Shown piece by piece: positions 51,201-64,000 of a stretch of DNA of 64,000 bases (the first letter of the stretch is position 1; each line of letters opens with the position of its first letter). The notes beneath the pieces were generated by a model that ran no database searches, was not told the origin of the DNA, and saw only the letters and a program-made list of their open reading frames with translations. The translations under genes were made by a program, and so were the position numbers. The DNA comes from Hemiscyllium ocellatum (taxonomy: Eukaryota): contig NC_083429.1 of assembly GCF_020745735.1 (NCBI RefSeq), positions 50,325,877-50,389,876 on the forward strand, written 5' to 3'.

Positions 51201-54200
51201 GATCATGAAATTTGCATTGCCTTTTTTTTTAATTTAGATGCCAAATATAAACTATGCATGGGTTGCCAATGTGTAAAGGATTGACATACTAGATTCTATT
51301 TAATTTTTGTATGCTGGTAATAGATTTATTTTATATGGAAAAGAAGATCCCTCACAAATCAAAATAAAAACATTTCAATCTAACCCTGTTGTATATGCCC
51401 CTGTCTCGTTCTTTTCTCACTGTTAGCGATGACCACAGGCTGCCCACATTTCTTCTTGTACCTTTATTAAAAGGATGGGGACACCAACTTATTATTGCTT
51501 TGATTTTGTTGAAGAAAATCCAAGCATTTCTACATTTCTGTGATTCAGCTAAGTGACTCATTGGGCCTTTTCAGAGGGGATCAACAACGTTGCTGTGAGC
51601 TCGGAGTCACATGTAATGTAGACCAAACATGGCAGACATCAGTGAGTCACCACACTTCCAAAACGAGTGGAACCCTTGCCTGCTGTGATGCAAAAACCAG
51701 TCAGAACACCACCATGTGATTAAACCTCTGGTCACTGTGGTGGAAGGGGAAGAACACCTCTTGTTGAAAGTAGAGCCATGAGATTGTTTTACATTCAATT
51801 GGGGCAGCATGGCAGCTCAGGTCATTAGCACTGCTGTGCCTCAGTGCCAGGGACCCAGGTTCGATTCCAGCCTCAGGTGACCAGCTGGGTGGAGTTTGCA
51901 CATTCTCCCATGTCTGCGTAGGTTAGCTGCCATAATCTGACAACATACAGGTTTGGGGAAATGCAGGGTTATGGGGACAGAGTCTGGGTGGCTTGCTGTT
52001 TGGATGGGACATTGTGGACTTGATGGGCCGAATGGCCTGCTTCCGCACTGTAGGGATTCTATGAACCAGGAGGGACAAAGAAAGTCCTTGTCTAATGCTC
52101 TTCTTTGAGCAACCACACCTTTGACATCTTAAACCCACAATCTTCCTGAAGTGATGGTGGTGTATTGGTAATGTCGCCCACACTCTGCTAGTAATTCAGA
52201 GATTAATAGATTGGGCCCATAGGTTCGAGTTTCACTGCAGCACTAAGGCTCTGGTGACTGTGTGTTAGTGTGTCTACCTCTGAGCCGGATTGAAGTCCCA
52301 CTGCTCCAGATGTGTGTCATAACATCTCTGAACAAGTTGTTTAGGAAAGTGTCTGATCTCAAGGAGGTGAGACTGTTACTGCGCAACGACTGATAGGCCT
52401 GAAACATTAACACTGTTGCTCTGTCCACAGATGTTGCCAGACCCACTGAGAGTTTCCCACACTTTGTTATTATTGGAACATTAACGTATTGCATTACAAA
52501 ATTTCCAACACAGAACTGCAGTCGAAAGCAGCTCACTTTTTCCCTCCATGTGGAGCTGAAGGAAGGTGCTGACATTTTCCTTGCTAGGGGTAGGGGAAGG
52601 GGGATTGGTCTGACTGAACTATCTCTCGCCCCTTCTGTACACAGATGTGGGTTTACTGTGCAAGCTGAACATGTCCTTTTACACAGCTCAGACAAGTCAC
52701 ACATGTGGATATGAAAAAATGGTCAATTTTTATTTAAAAACAAATCTGAATATCCAGGTACAAAGATATCAAAAAAAACAAACAAAATAATTCACATGCA
52801 ATTTGGCGCAAACATTCACGGTCAAAGCTTCAATCATCTGAGGGCAAATGTTGGACCGAGTGAGTGAGCAAAAGCAGCACATCATGACAGCATTCACCTT
52901 AGTGTTCGAAAGAGGTTAGCACCAGGATCAGTGCCATGGAGATGGACAAACGCAAATTACAGGTGGGAACTGATCGAGTTGCCTCCCAGATGGAAGACAT
53001 CACCTCTGGTTAACAGATTGAATAAGCATGCTTGTTGTACACATTAAACATGGGAAATGGATCATAGCCCAGTCCTGGACTTACCAGAGGATGCATTCAA
53101 AAACAACACTCACTGGAAAGTGAGAGGTAGGGTTGCTAGATGATTTGTTATAGCCATTCACCACCAAATATAAACTCATTCCTTTTCACCAAGACTTGGC
53201 TATGCCTTTTGACTGTGTAGAATTGGTGGCCGGAATCTGGGACCTGCCTATTGAAGACTGGGTAAAACGTATCAGATCCGGTGGTACATTTCACACACTG
53301 AGCCATTAAAGTTTGGGGCGGGGGGGGGAGGGCCCTCATGTTCAACCGGTTTCACACCTCCTTAGGTCTGTTTGACAGAAAGTAAGATTTACTCTGAAGT
53401 CTCCAATCTCGGGCGGCTCTTATTTGATGCCAACAAGCCGGTTAGGTGCCATTTCTGAACACTAGCATGGTCTCCATCAATCACACAAAATAGTCCTTTT
53501 TATTCTCGTAATACATTTAAAAGTTAGGATCTGCTCTCAAATTCAAAGGGGTAGGGGTAACAATCTCCCAAAAAGCCCAGGCTCGGGTAGCAAGTAGCTT
53601 TCTCCACACCCCCACCAGACCCCTTACTGTCAATGTTTCTGAAGTTTTAAACAAGTATAAAAATGTGTGTTTCATAAACATTAAAAAAGTTACAATGCAA
53701 GATAACAAGGCTATATTAAAAACAAGGCACTGGCTTTCACCAAATACATTCTGCTCAAACATGCCTTTGCAGAATGTTGGTAGATCAACCTGGAATCTGC
53801 TGTGCAAACATCTGACTGCCTTACTGAATACTTCAAATTCAATTTGTGAATCAGAAAGAATTTGTAAAACGTCTAGTTACCCAGGTGATCATTTTCAATC
53901 AAAAGATTAAAAGGATTATTTTTTGGTGGTAAGGCATTCAGAAAAGTGGAGGTTTGACTCACCAGAGGTATTTAGAATAAGCAACGATGTGAATTGCTCC
54001 CTGGAAGATAACTTAATCCCTTCCACTGTATTTTTATACTTTTCAATATTGAGATGACAGAACAGTGCATTGTGGAATGGTTTACAAATAGACATGGTTC
54101 ACATAATTAAAAACAATAAAAAGCTATTACAAATTTCTGTCATTTGCCTGAATCTAGTGTCTGAGTTCCCTTACAAAGGATCACTGAGGCAGTTGGTGTT

Positions 54201-54779
54201 TGAGAGTTTTGGCAGTCTTGCATTTTGGATTGAACAAGAAAGGCAAGACAGAGGAGTAATAAAAAGTCAAATCATTGCGTCCCTTAAAAATCTTCAATAA
54301 AGTGCATAGAGTAACAGTCTCCCACAAATCCAGGAAACCAGGGCTAGGTACAAGGTGGTCTTCTGTCCCCACACCTCTTGTCCTCATTCCTGCATCTATA
54401 AAACAAACATAAAAACAAAAATGCAATGTGTATAGACATGAATTTCCTTTGTTACTTTTAACACGATCATTTGAGATATTCAGACCAAACAGTGGGGTTC
54501 ACTTCCATGGAAGCAACATTCAAAAACAGAAAAGTTCTGTTAAAACTTGTACAAAACCTTGGTTTCACTTTATGGAAGTCAGAGCTGTGCACATTGTAAA
54601 GACACACTGGTGAGGGTGTGTAAAAAAAAAAGAACTTACAAGGATAACGCCAGATCAAGTGAGGTCACAGCTATCAGGGATATTTGAACAGACTGGGTCC
54701 CTTAAAAAGAGAAGACCAAAAGGGACACACTAGAAGTCCTTTATATTTGCTTGTATTTACACATGAACAGGTATGCAAG

Positions 54780-55640
54780 TAGACCATTGCGTCCCTCTAG
54801 TTTACTTAGTCAATAAGGCCATGGTTGGTGTCTCGGATTTCAAATTTCACATTCCCATGTGCACCCAATAACCTTACACATCTATTTAACACCACCTTAA
54901 AAAAATATTAAAATTAGCCAACCATCTGAGACAAGAAGGTGCACCACCCTTCGAAGAAAGCTATCTCCCTATCCCTGTCATAAAAGAGAAGCGTCTAAAT
55001 TTTAAAACATTGCCCCCTCATTCTCAGCTGGGCCACAACAGGAACGATCCTTTCGATGTCCACCTCAACAAGATCTTTCAGGATCTTATACACTTCAATC
55101 CAGGCACCCCCTCAGTCTTCTAAACTCCAGTGCAGACAAGTTCAGTCTGTCCAATCTTTCCTGCTTGGACAATTCCAAGTGTTGATCTAGTAAAGCCTTC
55201 AATGCATTTACCTCCTTTTCTAAATAAAGAGACAAAAATTGTACACAGCATTCGAGATGTGGCCTCTCCAGTGCCCTGTAATAACTGAAGTAGAATGTTT
55301 TTACTTTTATGTTCAATCCCTCACAAAGGACAGCCACCCATTAACCTACTTGATTACATGCCTGGTTGCAAACTAAATATTTTGGCACCTCAGAATTCCA
55401 TTCTTCTCAATTTAAGTAATACTCAGTTTCTTCATTCATCCTGCTACAGCAAACAACTTCACAATTTCCAATGTTACACTCAGCCGGTCAGAGTTTCGCC
55501 CACTCAACAAACTATCCATATCTGCAAACTCCTCACGTCTTCTTCACAACATATTTTCCTACCCGTCTTGGTGTGGTCTCTGAATTTAGCTACCACGCCT
55601 TCACTCCCCACATCTAAGCCATTAACGTAAATTGTAAAAT
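54780..55640 (-). mobile_element. Diverged CR1-type LINE 3' fragment (similar fragments at about 6800-7150, 43280-43930, 46590-46880, 56500-56830)
   Basis: RPHLECCVQF...ERLDRLNL.ALEFRRLRG remnant. Confidence 0.7.
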
Positions 55641-57240
55641 GTAGATGTCCCAGCACAATTCCCTACGCAACTCCATTTGTCATAGCTTGCCAAATCAGAA
55701 AGTGACCCATTACTGTTATTTTGCCAGCCAGAGAATCTTTTACCCAAATAAATCTACTACTCCATACCACGAGCTTTTATTTCCCCACAGTAAATGTTTC
55801 ATGGGGCACTTTCACAAATGCTTTCTGAAAATCCAAAACAGTACAGGGCAGCCTGGTGGTTCAGTGGTTAGCACTGCCGCCTAACCCTGGTCCCTAGCAG
55901 TGTGAGAGTCCCTCCTCAGGCAATTCTATGTGTGGAATTTGCACATTGTCCCCAGGTCTGCGTGGGTTTCCTCCAGAAACTCTGGTTTTTTCTCAGTCCA
56001 AAGACATACAGGTCAGGTGGCTTGGGTATGCTAAGTTGCTGTAGCGTCCAGGAACGTGCAGGCTGGGTGGATTACCCATGAGAAATGCAGGATGATAGAG
56101 TGGGGAGGAGGAGGGGGGGGGGAACTAGGTGGTATGCTTTTCTGAGGGTTGGCATAGACTCAATGGGCTGAATGGCCTGCTTCCACACTTTAGGAATGCT
56201 ATTCCACATCTACAGGCCCCCATCGTCCATTGCACATGCCACTCCTCCAAAAACATACCAATAAGATGGTTAAACAAAACAATGTTGAGTTTACAAAGCC
56301 TTGTTGACCCTTCCCAATTGCCTCAAGTCTTTCTAAAAAAGTGTGTAGTTATAACCTTAAGGGATACCACTTTCCAATTGTCAGATTAGCCGGGAGTTGC
56401 TGTTTTTTGCCTCCCTTACTCCTTGTATGAGAAAGTTATACTTGTCGCTTCTCATTCTGAAATGGAGGGAATGTTCAAAAATAATCACCAACACCAACCA
56501 CTTCCTCATTACCAACCTCTTAAGACCCTAGGATCAAGTCTATCAGAATCCAAAGGTTTGTCAACTCACAACACCCCCAGTTTGTCTGGTGATATTACAG
56601 TCAGGATGGAGGCAGTACGGAGTTCTCCTATCCCTTCCACCTCCTGACTTACAGCTAATACTGAAACTTTTTTTTATATTCTTGATAGCGAAGACAGAAG
56701 CAAAATATTTGTCCAGTTCACCTGCTATTTTCTTATGAGCAGCAGCAGATTCAAGGAGGCACTTTCTGAAGGGCAACTGGAGATGGGCACCACATGCTGG
56801 CCCAGTTAGTGATGCCCAAGAACAAAATTAACTATAGCAAACATTTTCTTAACCAGCAACTATGGGAACAGGAGTGCGCCGATTGATTAATTATTTCAGA
56901 TAATCAAGAGGTCCATAATCAATGCAAAAAGACTAAGTAATAAGAAACGTAATGCAGGAGATAAACACACCACTAATATACTTATTTTTTCCTCAAAGCA
57001 TAAATCAATTAAGTAATAATGCAACTTCGCCTTAAATAAAACTTAACAAAAGAGAATCTACTCACTCGTACTCTCAACTGACTACTCGGACATTGTGGAG
57101 TTCGTGATAATAAAGTAAACTTCCAGTATTTCGGAAGTATAATTTTTGCCAGTCTATCAAGAGTGCTGGTTCATGACGTGCTGGTTAAATCAAAGTTTGC
57201 TGTACTAACTTTCCAAGCTCACTCTCTGGAGGACCAACAC

Positions 57241-57330
57241 TCACTTTACTCGCTCTGTCACATCAATGGGTAAGCTGTGCACCCACCAACCCATACAGAG
57301 TTCAGTGTCCAAGGTGGCACAGGTATTAAC
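57241..57330 (-). CDS. TMPRSS4: Candidate terminal coding exon of the TMPRSS4-like gene (VNTCATLDTELCMGWWVHSLPIDVTERVK*)
   Basis: Pyrimidine-rich acceptor cctgctctttgcag, phase 0, in-frame TGA at 57243-57241; a competing acceptor exists at 57759, so uncertain. Confidence 0.3.
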   Translation of the reverse strand, partial: VNTCATLDTELCMGWWVHSLPIDVTERVK

Positions 57331-58009
57331 CTGCAAAGAGCAGGACCATTCTTAACATGAAGTGCTGTGAGGATAGTTTATCAGGTGCAGCACCCAGTAA
57401 CATTTCCAATCAACTCCATTCAAATCCTGGAAACATGATTCCCTGGTCACCCCGCTCGCCATCTTTCTGATTTTCCGGCTCCTACCCCCTTACTGCCCAC
57501 CTGCCACTCACAATCCATTCCCTCACGTACAGGGAGTTGTGAACAGTCAGGGAGTGGGGCACAGAGAGGCAGACAGGCAGTGAGGGGGGCAGCAGGGAGA
57601 TGGTCACGGAGCTAACAAATGGGACCACGAGTCAAGTACTGAGCAATTTTTATTTGCTCTAAGCAAATGTTGTTTGTTACTAGGACAGCAATTGTTGGAC
57701 TTTTTGTGACTGGTCGATTGTTCAGCAATACACTGCTGCTCCAATCTTAACTTCTGTTTCTAAACACAAGGAGAGTCTTTAGTTTAAAGATCCCATATTA
57801 TCATAAAGACTTTCAGACACTAGTCAGTCCTGCCTGTCTCTCCCCATATTACAGCAAGATTAATTTGCTAACTCGCTCTGAATTTTATTCGACTGATTTC
57901 AACTTCATATCTTCCTCTGAATTACTTGCACTTGTTCCATAATTAGTGTGGCCACTAGGTGGCAGGACAACACTGTGTAAGAGTGTCAGCCCAACGTAGA
58001 TGCAGACAC

Positions 58010-58330
58010 TGCAAAGGGGGTGGGAGCAGAGAGAGGGAACGATTAAAAAGGTGGGATGGAGAGAGGAGAGGATGAGGGGTGGGGGAAGACAGGGAAGGAA
58101 GAGGGCGGAGCGAAGAGCATGAGGGATGGGCAGAGAGGGAGGGAAGGGGCAAATAGACAGAGAAAGGGTCAGAGAGAGAGAGAGCGAAAGGGTCAGAGGA
58201 AGAAGAGGATAAGGGGTCGAGAAGAGGCAAAGAGGGGAACAGAAAGGGAGAATGAGCTGGGGCAGACAAAAGAGCAAGACTTGGGGATACAGAGGAGGTG
58301 GGGGACACACGATCGAACTGGGAAAAAATG
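58010..58330. repeat. Purine-rich low-complexity tract
   Basis: Almost exclusively G/A on +; explains the spurious L/S/P-rich and E/R/G-rich ORFs. Confidence 0.85.
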
Positions 58331-58598
58331 GTGTGGTGAAAGTGGAGGGTTGGCTGCTAACAGGAGAGCAGGTAACGATCAGGAACAGGAACTGTAGTTG
58401 CTTCTCCTTAGCCTTGAGGTAATAAGGCCATTTCCATCACTAGGGTCCAACGACTCTCCAGCTGCCTCTCGAAATAACAAATGGATTGGACTTCTGTTTA
58501 GTTTTATATTGAACCATGATGTACAAAGAATGCAGAAGAGTGATTGTGATGGTGTGGACCAGGTGCATTCTGGGTCTGATGACAGGGAGTTGGGATCA

Positions 58599-58790
<192 letters not shown>

Positions 58791-59817
58791 TCAACAGAAT
58801 TCATCTGACGTCATAAATGAAGGGGTCAGCATCATCTACAGCTGTCCACAGGGAAGAACAGGAGAGACCAGTCAGAGGTCACCCTGACCCCCGAACCTGT
58901 CCCTGAATTGGCCACATCATTCATGAACACCCATGACTCCCCCAAATTCCACAATAATTCACTTAAAATTAATCAGCTACTGAACCCCGTTGTAACAGCG
59001 TTTAAAATTCATTCATTGGATGTGGGCATCACAGACTAGGCCAGTAATTATTGCCTCCATTCCTGATAGAGTAGGCTGCAGAGAGCGGTCTTCCTGAACC
59101 ACGGCACATGACATAGATCCCCTCAGGGACGGAGGGAGTTTAACCCAGGAACAAATATATATATGCTGCTGTTATGATCAAGTATTGGCTGTGAAGGGAG
59201 TATTTGCTGAACCTGGGGGTTGGGGAACCAATCAAGTGGGCTGCTTTGTTCTGAATGGGGTCAAGTTTCTGGAGTATTGTTGGGGCTGCACCCATCCAGG
59301 CAAGTGGGGAGTATTCCATCACACTCCTGACTTGTGCCTGGTAGATTAGGAGTGGATGGGTTTAGGGAAGTCAGCAGGTGAGTTACTCGCTGCAGAATTC
59401 CTAGCCTCGGACTCGCTCTTGTAGCCACTGTGTTCACAAGGCAGCACTTTCATGTGGTGGGAATGGCAGCTGCTAATTACCAGCCCAAGCCCGGTATATT
59501 GTCTGAAATATTGTCTGGGATCTGCTGCATGTGAACACAGACTAACGCAGTATTTGTTTGTTCTGAATGATGGTCAACATTGTGGGATGTCCAATGCACC
59601 ACAGACAAATTTCAGCAAAGTGAGGTGGTCCCTTTGGTAAGGGAAACAAAGAGACCGCTTACTCCCTGGACATTAAGAGCTGAGCAGTGACCTTAGATGG
59701 GATTTTAAGGCAATAGAAAAAGGGATTTAAATAAGATTCTGCTAATTACCAGAGAATTTGAAGGGATCCAAAAACAAAGAATAACTATTACATCTGAGAA
59801 ACAAATCTGGTAGAAGT

Positions 59818-60128
59818 AAGATTAGATTAGATTACTTACGGTGTGGAAACAGGCCCTTCGGCCCAACAAGTCCACACCGACCCGCCAAAGCCACCCATAC
59901 CCCTACATTTACTCCTTACCTAACACTACGGGCAATTTAGCATGGCCAATTCACCTGACCCGCACATCTTTGTGACGGTTGGAGGAAACCGGAGCACCCG
60001 GAGGAAACCCACGCAGACACGGGGAGAACGTGCAAACTCCACACAGTCAGTCGCCTGAGTCGGGAATTGAACCCGGGTCTCAGGCGCTGTGAGGCAGCAG
60101 TGCTAACCACTGTGCCACCGTGCCGCCC
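59818..60128 (-). mobile_element. HE1-type V-SINE (young, full length)
   Basis: Reverse complement of the same consensus. Confidence 0.92.
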
Positions 60129-60365
60129 CAAAGCTGGAGCACAGGCTCGCAAAGACAGTCAGCTCAACCCAACAGCCTGCAAACTTTATAATGGACGCGA
60201 GGAATGTTGGATCAACCGTAATTCTATTGAATGGCGGAGCAGGCTCAAGGGACTGAGTGGCAATTCCTGCTCCTTATTCTTACACTGTGACCCCTCACTG
60301 TCACTCAGATTGCTCTGTAACCTGCTGCCTCTCTCAGGGATCTGCCATCACATTGGTCTTCATAC

Positions 60366-60508
60366 CTGGCATGCATCCACTTTACCAGCCTGGTAGCCTG
60401 CACACAGCATTTGCTCAGTGATCTGCCCACTGTAATACTGCAAACTGTTACAAATCTCCCGTCCAATCACCGAGACATTCGCCTGTTGAAGCGCTGTTGA
60501 CACTTGAC
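60366..60508 (-). CDS. TMPRSS4: TMPRSS4-like exon (GQVSTALQQANVSVIGREICNSLQYYSGQITEQMLCAGYQAGKVDACQ)
   Basis: Acceptor tgtattgaatag, donor gtatga; MLCAG and DACQ (S1 pocket Asp189, trypsin-like); phases 1/0. Confidence 0.92.
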
Positions 60509-61151
60509 CTATTCAATACAATAGAAAACAAAATTACATCAGAGCGATACCTGGGTGGAGAAGTTGGACGCAGTACAGAGAGAATTCTGCCTTATCAGAT
60601 AAAAATGTTAACTGTTACTTGGTCTGCCTGCTCAGATCCAACAGCAAGTGTCTGCTCCAACTCCCCGTCACCATTTGTCCCAGTCAATATCCCTTTTGTA
60701 AAATGGCCTGGCCATCATCACACCCACATTTGTAGGGGCTAGTTGTTGAAGAGTTGTCAAAGTAACTCAAAAGCTCTGCATTTTTCCAATTCTGCCTCTT
60801 GCACATCCAAGATTACCTCATCCCACCGCTGACACTCATTCCCACAACTGTTGCAACCCAAGGGGCTGAACTGCTTCTGTAAACTCCTGCACCTCGCTCC
60901 CCACTCCGCCTTAAAACCCAAATCCTTGACCAACCTCCTTAATCTCTTGTGTGTTTCTGATAGCACTATTGTGGAACCTCTTGGGAGATGTGACAAGGTG
61001 AAAAAAGGTGCTAAACAAATGCAGATTGGCATTTCCCAGGTGGTCAGTCACAGATGCAGTGTGGTTGTTTGAGGGGGCAGGTGGATGGGAGAACTGGAGG
61101 TAAGTGATCACAGGATGAAGCCTCCCAGGACAGGCTCAAACACATCTGGCA

Positions 61152-61153
<2 letters not shown>

Positions 61154-61206
<53 letters not shown>
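61154..61206. repeat. (TG)n microsatellite, about 26 units
   Basis: Direct reading. Confidence 0.98.
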
Positions 61207-61208
<2 letters not shown>

Positions 61209-61433
61209 AGAATACTGTTCTTCCTGACTTCCTCAGTGCCGGATAAATCTTAAATTGGAACCCCAAAATCTGTCAATGAGACCAACTGAGATCTCTAGGA
61301 TGTAGCAGTAAAATTAAAGACTTTCCACAAAGACATGAAACCCTATGCCCCTGATGCAGTGCATGGGGAAACTCCCTTCTTTCCTACTATCTTCAAAACA
61401 ATGATCTCATTTCATATCCATAGTGATAATTAC

Positions 61434-61529
61434 CAAATTCTTTAGTGTAGCCCCAGCCAGTGACCCACGCCAAAATTTTCTTTGGAACTGGAGAAGCGTA
61501 GTTAGGTAAACAAACAGGCCGAATGTAAT
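61434..61529 (-). CDS. TMPRSS4: TMPRSS4-like exon (DYIRPVCLPNYASPVPKKILAWVTGWGYTKEFG)
   Basis: Acceptor tctctgtctag, donor gtaatt; RPVCLP and W-x-x-GWG motifs; 96 bp, phases 1/1. Confidence 0.92.
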
Positions 61530-62052
61530 CTAGACAGAGAAGAGAAAGAGAGAGAGAAAAAATGATTCAATAGAAAGAAACAGCATTCCTAACATCAACA
61601 ACGATTGGGCATCCTGGAATATTATGTCCTTTCCAAAGGGAGCAGCTTTTTACTGGGTTAGAGAAACCAGCTTTGTAAATTCAGTGTGAGAAAGGCAAGA
61701 GCCACTGACATATTCAACATTGGATATCCATCACGAACTGCCTCTGAACTGGTGGTGGGTAACCACACCCACCCCCTTCAATTGGCTTGTTCAGCCGTTT
61801 CAGAGGGAGGCTAGTGGAGAACATGGAGTCACACGCAGGCCAGACCAGGTAAAGGTGGCAGATTGCCCTCTCCCCAGGGCATTAGTGAACCAGATGGGCT
61901 TTTACTGAGACTAGCACCTTCTCTCCAGAGCACTGGTCCAGACTTCTGGGTTATCACTCAAACAGAATCGTTATCTAAGTGTTTCCCAGTCCGACATGAC
62001 TAACATCTAAGCCAAGTGACAACAACATTACATTGGCAAGGATGGGTGGAGG

Positions 62053-62100
62053 GAGAGAGAGAGAGAGAGCGCGAGAGAGAGAGAGCGCGAGAGAGAGAGA
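62053..62100. repeat. (GA)n microsatellite interrupted by GCGC
   Basis: Direct reading. Confidence 0.95.
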
Positions 62101-62638
62101 AACAAGTGGGAGGGGGGGGAAAGAGAGCATGAGTGAGAGAATGGGAATATCCTGTTCCCATTTAGTTTTGGGATTTACTGACCGGGTCACTACAAACAGG
62201 TCAAGGATCCTTATGGTAGCCTTGGTTGATCTCAGCCAGTTGGTCATCCTACAACTGGATCCACCCCTCAGTGATCACTGCCACAGCCACAAGTGTGCAC
62301 AGGAAGCGATTACCTGGAAACCCTGCTCATGCCCACAGACTGAAACCAGGATTCAGCTGGACTGTGATGTTCCCACAGTTGAATATCTTTCCAATAGAGC
62401 CTGAAATAACCAAAGTGCCACTGCCGTGTAACTGTGCTCCAGTGAGGGGCAAGTGTTACAGTGGTGAGGGTTAGTGCCAGTCTCTCAGGAAAAATGCACC
62501 ACCAGGTCAGTAAGAAGCAAGCTGCCCTAACAAAGCTGTTTGACGGTCTCACCTGAGAAAGGGACAGAGTGGTGTTAGATCTTTAACAATCTGATAACAC
62601 AGCCATGCGCTCGGTTTTATACTCAGCTTGAGCCTCAC

Positions 62639-62808
62639 CTGTGAATGGTAGCGGTGACCTAACTTTAATGAGGGCTATATCGTAGTTGCTGGTCACTGAA
62701 TTGTACTTGGCGTTGATGACAACTTTCATAATGGAGAAGGTGCTTCCCCCAGAGTAGAGAACATCACTGCCAGCAAACACTCTCCAGTTTGCAATCTGGT
62801 TATACTCC
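62639..62808 (-). CDS. TMPRSS4: TMPRSS4-like exon with catalytic Asp (EYNQIANWRVFAGSDVLYSGGSTFSIMKVVINAKYNSVTSNYDIALIKVRSPLPFT)
   Basis: Acceptor tgtttatttcag, donor gtgagg; DIAL motif; phases 2/1 fit the neighbours; NWRVFAGSD resembles human TMPRSS4 NWKVRAGSD. Confidence 0.92.
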
Positions 62809-63012
62809 CTGAAATAAACACCACCATTCAGAAAATCATTCCATAAAGAAAAGCAGTGCAGTGAGACTTTTACTCAATGTCTAATCCAGCGCTGTCTGTG
62901 TCCTGGGAGCTTTCAATGTGGATGATGTGGAGGAGCCTTACTTTCTGTTTAGAAAAGGTGTAGGAGAAGCTTTGCTTGCAGTTTGGGGGAAAAAAAAACA
63001 GTATGAGAGCTT

Positions 63013-63324
63013 TAGATTAGATTACCTACAGTGTGGAAACAGGCCCTTTGGCCCGACAAGTCCACACCGACCCGCCGAAGCGCAACCCACCCATACCCCT
63101 ACATATACCCCTTACCTAACACTATGGGCAATTTAGCATGGCCAATTCACCTGACCCGCACATCTTTGTGACTGTGGGAGGAAACCGGAGCACCCGGAGG
63201 AAACCCACGCAGACACGGGGAGAACGTGCAAACTCCACACAGTCAGTCGCCTGAGGCGGGAATTGAACCCAGGTCCCTGGCGCTGTGAGGCAGCAGTGCT
63301 AACCACTGTGCCACCGTGCCGCCC
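63013..63324 (-). mobile_element. HE1-type V-SINE (young, full length)
   Basis: Reverse complement of the same consensus. Confidence 0.92.
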
Positions 63325-63645
63325 TGCATCCAACCCCACCCTGTCCCTGACCTGGGAGTGTATGATGGGAGAGAGTGTAGAGGGAGCTTTACTCTGTATC
63401 TAATCCCACACGGTCCCTGTCCTGGGAGTGTATGATGGGAGAGAGTGTAGAGGGAGCTTTACTCTGCATCCAATCCCACACTGTCCTGGGAGTGTATGAT
63501 GGGAGAGAGTGTAGAGGCAGCTTTACTCTGTATCTAATCCCATGCTGTCCCTGTCATGGGAGTGTATGATGGGGAACACTGGAGAAGGAGCTTTACTCTG
63601 TATCTAACCCCGTGCTGTCCTGTCCTGGGAGTGTTTGATGAGGGA
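63325..63645. repeat. About 65-72-bp tandem repeat (CCTGGGAGTGTATGATGGGAGAGAGTGTAGAGGGAGCTTTACTCTG...) in a TMPRSS4 intron
   Basis: About 4.5 units visible. Confidence 0.9.
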
Positions 63646-63731
63646 TGGTGTAGAAAGATCAATTGGCGGGTGATGGAGTGTTCGGTGATATTTGTGGGGA
63701 GCGGGTGGTGTTGCGGCGTGATAGTTACTTA

Positions 63732-63932
<201 letters not shown>

Positions 63933-64000
63933 TCAAACAGAAAACACAGTCTCAGGAAAATCCAAATACAAAATACTCCTTGGAACACCATACAACATAG

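Noticed and set aside
52243-52704. 153-aa ORF on the minus strand
   Set aside because: No recognisable domain; overlaps SINE-derived sequence; no supporting splice structure.
57885-58397. ORFs of 113-141 aa
   Set aside because: Artefacts of a purine-rich low-complexity tract; no domain features.
62310-62552. Apparent acceptor (tttctcag) inside a TMPRSS4 intron
   Set aside because: The frame required by the upstream phase-1 donor hits a stop quickly, and the protease domain is complete without it.
63325-63645. Tandem repeat as a possible CRISPR or coding repeat
   Set aside because: Head-to-tail units without unique spacers; intronic minisatellite.

Overview
Eukaryotic (vertebrate) genomic DNA, almost certainly from a shark or other elasmobranch, judged by dense HE1-type V-SINEs and HER1/CR1-type LINE fragments. 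Two convergent spliced genes were assembled by hand from GT-AG-flanked exons. (1) A complete 5-exon SCN4B (voltage-gated Na+ channel beta-4 subunit) on + at 20054/20069-40766, 229-234 aa. (2) The 3' half of a TMPRSS4-like type II transmembrane serine protease on - (five protease-domain exons at 63892-58617; terminal exon unresolved; 5' exons lie beyond the window). This tail-to-tail arrangement matches human 11q23. Most short ORFs in the supplied track are transposon debris or spurious. There are no prokaryotic features (no CRISPR, operons or rRNA). The most striking unexplained structure is a set of very short Penelope-like (PLE) insertions, about 75-410 bp, from at least 3 families. Many are fold-back palindromes with 11-16 bp target-site duplications, they carry minimal type I hammerhead ribozyme motifs (CUGAnGA-helix II-GAAA-palindromic ACGU/AGCU-cleavage site), and their breakpoints cluster at the ribozyme. 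One copy (44770-45004) has an intact hammerhead on each strand; a degenerate one sits in sense orientation about 740 nt after the SCN4B stop. PLE hammerheads are a known class, so the possible novelty is the geometry and breakpoint pattern. Also present: an internally deleted hAT/Charlie transposon with TIRs and a perfect 8-bp TSD, a Tx1/L1-like fragment, several SINE families and mini/microsatellites. Repeat boundaries are approximate (by eye); exon and TSD coordinates were counted from the sequence.
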